Assembly: GCA_963678315.1 (NCBI GenBank)
Contig: OY782781.1
Coordinates: 2,464,001-2,528,000, forward strand
DNA from: Candidatus Cloacimonadales bacterium
GTDB lineage: Bacteria; Cloacimonadota; Cloacimonadia; Cloacimonadales; JAFGVF01
Reading direction: 5' to 3'
Length of the DNA stretch: 64,000 nt
Position 1 is the first letter of the stretch. Each line of letters starts with the position of its first letter. Made by a program: the position numbers and the translations under genes. Positions 40,691 through 48,518 of the stretch are shown in pieces. The notes under the pieces are model-generated. The model searched no databases, had not been told where the DNA came from, and saw only the letters and a list, made by a program, of their open reading frames with translations.

Positions 40691-41192
40691 TGTCTTCATT
40701 ATCAATTGTCTATTATAAATTCATCCTCACATTCCACACGATTGAAATCATAGGTTCAGAGGAGATATGTTCTTCCAGGACGATACAATCTCTTAGCGTA
40801 AGCATGAACTATCTTGTTCAGCATAACGGCGGATGCTTGCACTCCTTTTTCTGAGACGTTTTTCCAAACGTCTCTACAAATTCAAATTCACTTATAACTA
40901 CCTTCTAAGTGAAGCCAGCACGGAGGCTGGCGATCCCAGTATGTCTTCATTATCAATTGTCTATTATAAATTCATCCTCACATTCCACACGATTGAAATC
41001 ATAGGCTCAGAGGAGATATATTCTTCCAGGACGATACAATCTCTTAGCGTAAGCGTAAGCATGAACTTTCTTGTTCAGCCTAACGGCGGATGCTTACACT
41101 CCTTTTTCTGAGACGTTTTTCCAAACGTCTCTACAAATTCAAATTCACTTATAACTACGTTCTAAGTGAAGCCAGCACGGAGGCTGGCGTTC
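40691..41192. repeat. Tandem duplication of a ~251-bp unit made of several hairpin repeats
   Basis: Unit 1 is 40691-40941; unit 2 starts at 40942 with an extra AGCGTA, is interrupted at 41192 by the intron and resumes at 43087. Confidence 0.92.
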
Positions 41193-43086
41193 GTACGATA
41201 GTGATATCTAACTATCTGTTAGGTGAAAGTCCTAACCAAATCTTACATCAGAGATTTGTAATTGAATGTAACTGCGTAACCGTGAGGTTGGGTGGGGAGT
41301 AACAGGAAATGAAAGACCAGTCCGTAACATTAGTGAACTCGTTTCGGCAGCTAATAGTGTTGAGCCTCCGATCGCAGGGCGAAAACTGATGATGATAAAG
41401 AGTTTTATCATACACCTGATAAACTGAATGATGTGATAAAGTTATATCAGGACTTTAGATGTGGTAGGAGATGGAATGGTAAGAAGTTAGTTAGAGGTAA
41501 GCTATGAGACCTGAATATAGGTTTAGAGATATATTCAGGAGTCAGAGTTCTCATAGTAGTGATGATACTTAGGACAGCATAACCTAAGAGTAGCGAAGGG
41601 GAACAGGATAATAAAATTTTGAAAGGAGAAACAGATGAAAGAAAAATGTTCGACAGTGTCAAAAGAGACTAAACAAGAACAAGAAGAAAACTCACAACTA
41701 AGATTAGAATGGGAGTGGACAGAATCATCTGTCTGGACAGACAAAATGTTGACAGCTCTCCAAAGGGGAGTCAAAGGTGGCAAATGGTTTAGTTTAATAG
41801 ATAAAGTTTATTCAAAAGCTAATCTGTTATCTGCATGGAAAAGAGTAAAAGCTAATAAAGGTAGTGCTGGAGTTGATAAGATGAATATTTCTCACTATGA
41901 GAAACATCTCGAACAAAGGCTACAAGGCTTAGCTAAACGCTTAGAAATGCAGGAATATAAGCCAAATGCAATTAAAAGGGTAATGATTGATAAACCTGGA
42001 AGTAAGGAGAAACGACCTTTAGGTATTCCAACAGTTGAGGACAGAATAGTTCAAACAGCAATAAGGAATGTAATCGAACCAATATTTGAAATAAATTTTT
42101 CAGATAACAGTTTTGGTTTTAGACCTAAAAGAAGTTGCAAAGATGCACTTAGAATAGTGTATAATAACCTTAACCGAGGCTATCGATACGTAGTTGATGC
42201 AGATTTAAAAGGATATTTTGATACAATACCTAAGTCTAAATTAATGGATTTAGTAAAAGAAGAAATATCTGATAGTCGGGTATTAGAATTGATTGAGAAA
42301 TTTCTAAATCAAAGTATATTTAATGGGCTAGATACATGGATTCCCGAAAAAGGAACACCACAAGGTGCAGTATTAAGTCCACTGTTAGCAAACATCTACT
42401 TGAACAAATTCGACTGGTTAATGAGTAGCAAATACTATCAAATGGTAAGATATGCTGATGATTTTATTATCATGTGTAGAAGCCAGAAAGAATCAGAAGA
42501 AGCTCTTGAAATAGTAAAGCAATGGACGGAAAAAGCTGAGTTAATTCTTCATCCTACAAAGACTAAAATTCTTGATAGTATGCAAGATGAGATAGGCTTT
42601 TTAGGTTATAGATTTGTTAAATCTAAGAACTATGAGAAAATAAAGATTTTCTGAAAGTTTCCTAAACGTAAGAGCGAAAAGAAATTCAAGGATAGTATAA
42701 GAAAACATACTAGAAGAACAAATGGGAAAAGCTTAAAAGAAATAATCAAACGAATAAACCGTATAATTCGGGGTTGGTTTGAATATTATAAACATTGTTA
42801 TAAAAGTACTTTTCCAGGTTTAGATGGTTGGATACGACGGTGATTAAGAAGTATTCTTAAGAAATTTGAAAAACGGAAAGGAATAGCTACAACAGGTAGA
42901 GATAATATCAGATACCCAAACAAAATCTTTGAAGACGCTGGGCTTCTCTCTCTAACCGAAACCCACCGTCAATTATGTCAATCTCTACATAGAGAGTAAA
43001 TTATTATCTGGAGAGCCGTATGCGGGAAAACCGCACGTACGGTTCGGAGGGAGGGGTGTCAGTAATGATAGCACCCCTACCCCTAT
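41193..43086 (+). mobile_element. Group II intron (IIB-like ribozyme, RT/maturase without endonuclease domain)
   Basis: 5' end GTACG; domain 5 GAGCCGTATGCGGGAAAACCGCACGTACGGTTC with AGC triad; domain 6 GGGGTG...CACCCCTACCCCTAT ending in AT; removal restores the repeat GCTGGCGTTC|CCAGTG. Confidence 0.92.
41635..42999 (+). pseudogene. ltrA: Group II intron reverse transcriptase/maturase interrupted by two in-frame TGA codons
   Basis: RPLGIPTVEDRIVQ, GTPQGAVLSPLLANIYL, YADD, FLGY. The frame continues past TGA at 42652-42654 and 42841-42843 through domain X (INRIIRGWFEYY, DGWIRR*LRSIL) to TAA at 42997-42999. Confidence 0.9.
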
Positions 43087-43155
43087 CCAGTGTTTAGCCA
43101 GCATGGAGGCTGGGCGTTCCCAGTGTTTAGCCAGCGCGGAGGCTGGCGTTCCCAA
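43087..43155. repeat. Two tandem 32-33 bp REP-like hairpin units (intron target family)
   Basis: CCAGTGTTTAGCCAGCATGGAGGCTGGGCGTTC and CCAGTGTTTAGCCAGCGCGGAGGCTGGCGTTC. Confidence 0.88.
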
Positions 43156-43173
43156 CTAGATTTTACTGTCTTT

Positions 43174-43231
43174 ACTCCATCCTTACTTGCCTCCTTGAAA
43201 AATCGGCTTTTTTTCAAGGAGACCAGTAAGG
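43174..43231. repeat. Palindromic repeat family B
   Basis: CCTTACTTGCCTCCTTGAAAAATCGGCTTTTTTTCAAGGAGACCAGTAAGG long hairpin. Confidence 0.8.
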
Positions 43232-43573
43232 AAGCACTTAGTGTACACTTTATGCACACTTTTTACATTAATATATATAGATTAGCTTGCAGTCAGTTTA
43301 GTCTTTATATAGAATTTGATCCTCATTAAATACCCTACTTTTAATATTGTGCAACTCAGATTATGAAATTAGCTATCTGGAATATTTCATTGCAAACAGG
43401 TAGAGACCTTGCATAGATTAGTAGATAAATAAACACTGAGATACTTATGTTTTTAAAATATGTTGATTAAATAAGTAATAGCTGTTTTTGTCTTGACATA
43501 TAAAAGGTAAATAATTTTATAATTTTATTTAAGTTTTATTTAAGAAATATATATAATAAATATAGGAGATAAT

Positions 43574-46500
43574 ATGAGAAAAACTATTTTATTCATTTTG
43601 TTACTTTCATTAGTTTTCTCGCTAGCTGCTGACAAATTTGTTGATGGTGCATACGAGAGAAATAATATTGTTGTAAGTTTCAAAATGGACACAATTGGAA
43701 ACATTGATGGTACAATCCCAGTAACTTACGACAATGGTATTGTTCAAACTAACATTGAATCATTTAATCAATTCGCAAGAGATTTCGCAGTAACTGAAAT
43801 CAAACAAGACTGTCCTTTCGTAAAAGACAAAGAATGGAACGATAACGGACAATACATTCAATGTATTTATAAAATTACAATTAAAGATCATAACAGAATT
43901 GAACAAGCTTTAGACACAATTCAAAAAAGCAATGATATTAATTGGGCACAATATGTAACTATTAATAGAACTTATTATACTCCAAATGACCAACTTTATT
44001 CAACACAGTGGTTCATTACTCAAACAGAAACAGATCAAGTTTGGGATTTTGTGAGAGATGCTTCTGATGTTGTTATTGGTATTACTGATTCAGGTATCAA
44101 ATGGAATCACCCAGATCTTCAAGACTTGATATTTATCAACCAAGCAGAAATGAATGGCGCTACTATTGATTGGGAAAACGGTACTTTCACAGGTAATGGC
44201 TTAGATGATGATAATAATGGTAAAGTTGATGATGTAATGGGTTGGGATTTCAACGCTAATGGTGGTGAAGACAACAATCCAATGCAGACTTTTGCAGCTA
44301 ACTATCACGGTACACACGTTGCAGGTTGTGCTTCTGCTGAAGGAGACAATGGCATAGGTACAGCAGGTCCTGCTTTTAATGCTAGATTAATTAACTGTAA
44401 AGGTGCTATCGATAATGGAGAATCAAATGGTATTGCTCAAGGTTACCCTCAAATAGTATATTGTGCTGATTTAGGTGCAGATATTATCAACGCATCATGG
44501 GGTGGACAAACTTCAAGTTTATACTATGCAAATAATTACATCAACTATGCTCACAATCATGGTTCTTTAGTTGTTGCAGCTGCTGGTAACGGAAACTTAC
44601 TTCACGGTAACGGTTATATGGATGCACCTGCTGACTGTGATAACGCTTTTTGTGTTGCGGCATTAGAATTAAATGACACAAAGGCTTCTTTCTCTGATTA
44701 CGGTGATCCTATTGATATTTCAGCTCCTGGTGTACAAATTAGATCTACAATCATCGAAAATAATGGTTGGGGAAATGCTCAAGGTACATCTATGGCTTCT
44801 CCTATTGTAGCAGGTATTGCAGCCTTAGTTAAAGCTGCTCACCCTGAACTTACAAACACCCAAATCAGACAACGTATTGAATATACAGCTGATTATATTG
44901 ATGATATTAACGAAGATTATACAAACCAATTAGGTGCTGGTAGAATTAATGCTTACACTGCTGTTTTATATGATTTAGTTCCTAAAATAAGTGTTGTTGA
45001 ATCTGAACTTACTGAAGTATCAGGCGATAATGATGGTGTAGTTAATCCTGGTGATGTCGCAAGTTTAAAAGTTAGATTAACTAACCATCAAGACTTGAAT
45101 ACAGGTATCTCATGGGCAAACTCTAATGATACTGAAGTTACACTAAGATGTGACTATCCTGGAATCGTTATCCAAGATTCTGTTGCAACTATCGGAAACA
45201 TTGTAGCTGGTAACTTTGTTTGGAATGATGATGAGCCTTTCTCATTTACATCATCTTCAGATGTTACTACTGCTCCAATAGAATTTACTCTTCATATTGT
45301 TTCTAATCAAGATGAAGAAATTCCTTACACAAAAGATATTACTTTTGAAATTAGCCTTTCTCTTAGCCATGCTAACTGGCCTTATGCAACTGATAGCCAA
45401 GCTCAATCTGCTCCTATCGTTTTAGATATGGATGGCCAAGCTGGGGACGAAGTGATTTTTGCTGACTTAGCTGGAAATGTTCATGTTCTTAATGGTGCTA
45501 ACGAAGAAATGTCTGGTTTCCCTGTAAATGTTGGAACTCAAGTACTTCTTCCGGTTGCTATTGGTGATTTAAATAACGATGATACTATGGATATTGCTGT
45601 TGTTAATTCAAGCAAAGAACTATATGCTATTGCTAATGATGGTTCAATTATTTATGGTCCTATATCATTAAACAACCAAATGGTAAAAGCTTCTCCAATG
45701 ATTGCTGATATGAACAACGATGGAGTTAATGACGTTGTTGTATGTACTATGACGGGTACACTTCATATCTTCAACCAAGCTGGTGAAGAACATGATGGTT
45801 ACCCTGTTTCATACACAGGTAACTTTGTCTTTAATAATGCTATAGCTGACATGAATAATGATGGTAGCAAAGAAATTATCCTACAAGCAATTAATGGTAA
45901 CATCTTAGTAATAGATTATAATACAACTGAAAATATAGATGGTTTCCCATTTGCTATTGGTGCAAACACTGAAGCTGCTCCTATTGTAGTTAACTTAGAT
46001 GATGATAATTATCCTGAACTATTAGTTACTGAACATTCTTCTGGAATGATATTTGGTGTTGACCATGATGGTTCTACATTGTTCTCACACCAAATGAATA
46101 TCACAATTAAAAAAGATGTTCTTGTTGCTGACTTCAATGGAGATGGTGCTAAAGAAATCTTATTTGTATCATATAATGGTAATGTTGGGGCAATTAACCT
46201 AGATGGTGAATACCTTCCTAACTTCCCACTAGATATGGGTGGTTTCTTAGAAGGAAATATGATTCTAGCTAATCTTGACGGTGACGGACTATGCATGATT
46301 TTTGGTGATGCAGCTGGTTACTTACATGCTATCAAATCTGACACTTCAGAAGCTAATAACTTCCCTATTTACCTTAATGATAACTTAAAATTCACTCCAG
46401 CTATAGGTGATGTTGATGGTGATGATGATTTAGATATTGCTGTTGCTAACATTTCAGGAATGCAATTGTTAGATATGAAACGTAATGGTTATGGTGCTTG

Positions 46501-46861
46501 GACTATGTATAAAGGTAATCCACAAAGAACAGCAAATATGTTTGAAGCATATACAGATGTTGATGACAATGATGTTGCAGTTTATGATAATGGTTTAATT
46601 GGTAACTATCCAAACCCATTCAATCCTGAAACTACTATTTCTTATAATCTAGAAAAATCAGCAGACGTTCAAATCAATGTGTATAACATTAAAGGTCAGC
46701 TTGTTAAGAATCTTGTTAATGACCACAAAGCTGCTGGTAATCATACTGTTGTTTGGAATGGTAAAGACAACAATAATAACAATGTATCATCAGGCGTATA
46801 TTTCTACAAAATGAAAGGTGGAAAATACTCTAAAACAAAGAAAATGATTCTTATGAAATAG
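43574..46861 (+). CDS. Secreted S8 (subtilisin-like) serine peptidase with FG-GAP repeats and C-terminal sorting domain
   Basis: Triad GITDSG / YHGTHVAG / GTSMASP; repeated 'DMNNDG' FG-GAP motifs; NYPNPFNPETTI CTD. Confidence 0.92.
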   Translation: MRKTILFILLLSLVFSLAADKFVDGAYERNNIVVSFKMDTIGNIDGTIPVTYDNGIVQTNIESFNQFARDFAVTEIKQDCPFVKDKEWNDNGQYIQCIYKITIKDHNRIEQALDTIQKSNDINWAQYVTINRTYYTPNDQLYSTQWFITQTETDQVWDFVRDASDVVIGITDSGIKWNHPDLQDLIFINQAEMNGATIDWENGTFTGNGLDDDNNGKVDDVMGWDFNANGGEDNNPMQTFAANYHGTHVAGCASAEGDNGIGTAGPAFNARLINCKGAIDNGESNGIAQGYPQIVYCADLGADIINASWGGQTSSLYYANNYINYAHNHGSLVVAAAGNGNLLHGNGYMDAPADCDNAFCVAALELNDTKASFSDYGDPIDISAPGVQIRSTIIENNGWGNAQGTSMASPIVAGIAALVKAAHPELTNTQIRQRIEYTADYIDDINEDYTNQLGAGRINAYTAVLYDLVPKISVVESELTEVSGDNDGVVNPGDVASLKVRLTNHQDLNTGISWANSNDTEVTLRCDYPGIVIQDSVATIGNIVAGNFVWNDDEPFSFTSSSDVTTAPIEFTLHIVSNQDEEIPYTKDITFEISLSLSHANWPYATDSQAQSAPIVLDMDGQAGDEVIFADLAGNVHVLNGANEEMSGFPVNVGTQVLLPVAIGDLNNDDTMDIAVVNSSKELYAIANDGSIIYGPISLNNQMVKASPMIADMNNDGVNDVVVCTMTGTLHIFNQAGEEHDGYPVSYTGNFVFNNAIADMNNDGSKEIILQAINGNILVIDYNTTENIDGFPFAIGANTEAAPIVVNLDDDNYPELLVTEHSSGMIFGVDHDGSTLFSHQMNITIKKDVLVADFNGDGAKEILFVSYNGNVGAINLDGEYLPNFPLDMGGFLEGNMILANLDGDGLCMIFGDAAGYLHAIKSDTSEANNFPIYLNDNLKFTPAIGDVDGDDDLDIAVANISGMQLLDMKRNGYGAWTMYKGNPQRTANMFEAYTDVDDNDVAVYDNGLIGNYPNPFNPETTISYNLEKSADVQINVYNIKGQLVKNLVNDHKAAGNHTVVWNGKDNNNNNVSSGVYFYKMKGGKYSKTKKMILMK

Positions 46862-46907
46862 TATCATATTAATGCAAAATTAATAATTGATAATTTATAA
46901 ATAATAA

Positions 46908-46937
46908 AGAAGGCTGACCAAGTGTCAGCCTTTTTCT
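46908..46937 (+). terminator. Rho-independent terminator
   Basis: AAGGCTGAC-CAAGT-GTCAGCCTTTTTT. Confidence 0.85.
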
Positions 46938-47621
46938 AATTATTCAAACCATATAAAATGGGGCGAAGCTTTGCTATAAAGCATATAAACTACTCTAATG
47001 CGTTATCAGGGAAAATACAGCCTGGTACTGCTTCTTTAATTGTGTATAAGAGCATTCTTGAGTTAAATCCAGATGATGCATTAGGCTTTATGAAAATAGT
47101 GCAGATTCTTTCAGCAAAATATCTTACAGAATCGAAGCTTGAATAATATATATTCTAGTTGAGATTATGGAAGTTATTCTTGCCATGAGTCTTCGCTAAA
47201 GCTACGCCCTCACAGGAATAATATAGTGCTATTTTTTAAATCCTAGTGCATTATTTGGGTTAAAGCGATTGTAATTGATTTTAAAACGTAAAGAGCATTA
47301 TTGCATGAATAACATCTAAGCCGACATATATTACTTTATTTGCTTATTTTTTAATATGTTATGTAAAAGATACTTGACAATTTACTGCAATCAAAAGAAA
47401 TAGGATATTGTTGCTGAATGAAAATATTTATTCAAATAGGTTAAGTTAGTATAAGTTTATTTAGAATAATGAGTGAAGATTTAAATAAATTATAAATATG
47501 ACTAATCTAAAAAAAATGTCTAAATTTACTTGACATAATATCTAACTTAATAAATTTAAATACTTTATAAGTTCGTAACTAAATATAATAAAAGATACAT
47601 TATTGAGAATAAGGAGAAGAA

Positions 47622-47915
47622 ATGACTAAAGCTGATTTAGTAAAAATTATTGCTAATGATACAGGTATTATTAGAAAAGATGTAAGTGTAATTATTGATA
47701 GCTTCTTCGCTACAACAAAAGATTGCCTTAAAGATGGTAATCACATAGAAATTAGAGGATTTGGTACTTTCAAGTTAAAAACTAGAAAACCAAGAATGGG
47801 AAGAAACCCTAGAACAGATGACAAAATTCCAGTTCCAGAAAGAGTAGTTCCTACTTTTAAATTCTCAAGAGAATTTAAAAACTCTATTATCGACAAATTT
47901 AAAAAACAAAAATAA
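47622..47915 (+). CDS. hup: HU/IHF family DNA-binding protein
   Basis: MTKADLV, IEIRGFGTF, RMGRNPRT, VPTFK. Confidence 0.93.
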   Translation: MTKADLVKIIANDTGIIRKDVSVIIDSFFATTKDCLKDGNHIEIRGFGTFKLKTRKPRMGRNPRTDDKIPVPERVVPTFKFSREFKNSIIDKFKKQK

Positions 47916-47927
47916 AGGAGCGTTAAT

Positions 47928-48020
47928 ATGCCTTGCGGAAAAAAAAGAAAAAGACATAAGATTTCTACTCACAAAAGAAAAAAAAGACTTAGGAAAAACA
48001 GACATAAAAAGAAAAAATAA
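47928..48020 (+). CDS. Small basic protein, ribosomal protein bS22/AURKAIP1-COX24 family
   Basis: Not in the ORF track; AAGGAG RBS; MPCGKKRKRHKISTHKRKKRLRKNRHKKKK*. Confidence 0.88.
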   Translation: MPCGKKRKRHKISTHKRKKRLRKNRHKKKK

Positions 48021-48039
48021 TTTCTTTTAGAATAAATTT

Positions 48040-48068
48040 GCCCTCTCTTGGAGAGGGCTTTTTTTTTA
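48040..48068 (+). terminator. Rho-independent terminator of the hup-bS22 unit
   Basis: GCCCTCTC-TTG-GAGAGGGC followed by a T10 tract. Confidence 0.9.
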
Positions 48069-48170
48069 TCTACTATTAGCTACTAGCCCTCTCTGCTCTT
48101 CAGGAATAACGTATGGTTATTTTTTAAGTTCTAAGGTATTTATTATTAGGGGGATTAGAATCTTCTTTAA

Positions 48171-48396
48171 TTACAATCCTAGTGTTGGAGTTTGAGTGTA
48201 AGCATCCTCCCTTTAGGGATGAACTCTGTTCATGATTACGCTGAAGGTAAAAGAATTTCGTAAGCTAGAAGCTTACAATCCTAGTGTTGGAGTTGGAGTT
48301 GGAGTGTAAGCATCCTCCCTTTAGGGATGAACTCTGTTCATGCTTACGCTGAAAGTAAAAGAATTTCGTAAGCTAGAAGCTTACAATCCTAGTGTT
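48171..48396. repeat. Tandem 102/108-bp REP-like units (family C plus GTAAGCTAGAAGCTTAC palindrome)
   Basis: Units start at 48171, 48273 and 48381 (partial); they contain AGTGTAAGCAT...ATG(A/C)TTACGCT, related in inverted orientation to 40795-40845. Confidence 0.9.
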
Positions 48397-48436
48397 AATA
48401 TCTAAGCTGAAAGCTTGTGCACCCAAATTTGAGATA

Positions 48437-48465
48437 AAGAAAAAGGCTGACAAAGGTCAGCCTTT
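48437..48465 (-). terminator. Rho-independent terminator of the 1940-aa gene
   Basis: AAAGGCTGAC-AAAG-GTCAGCCTTT with a T tract on the minus strand; same stem as 46908. Confidence 0.85.
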
Positions 48466-48518
48466 ATATCAATATTCAATTATGAATTATCAACTATTAA
48501 TTTTGCATTAATATGATA

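Noticed and set aside
40642..41302. Three short plus-strand ORFs (70, 92 and 70 aa) with repeated peptides
   Set aside because: They are translations of the tandem repeat and the intron 5' RNA, with no RBS or protein motifs.
42652..42843. TGA recoding (Trp, Gly or Sec) in the intron ORF
   Set aside because: TGA terminates ordinary genes in this window (for example the ORFs ending at 14872 and 17438), and the second TGA falls where Arg is expected.
40691..43155. CRISPR array, DGR or retron interpretation of the RT plus flanking repeats
   Set aside because: The repeats have no unique spacers and there are no cas genes. The differences between the 251-bp units are not adenine-specific and lie outside any target gene. 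The RT has domain X and sits inside canonical group II domains 5 and 6.
43090..43329. 79-aa ORF after the intron
   Set aside because: It reads through the 32-33 bp repeats and the family B hairpin.
46958..47146. 62-aa ORF after the S8 terminator
   Set aside because: No RBS or recognisable motif; it may be a gene remnant but cannot be supported.
48171..48396. Mini-CRISPR with repeat TTACAATCCTAGTGTT
   Set aside because: The intervening sequences are near-identical to each other, so this is a tandem repeat rather than a repeat-spacer array.
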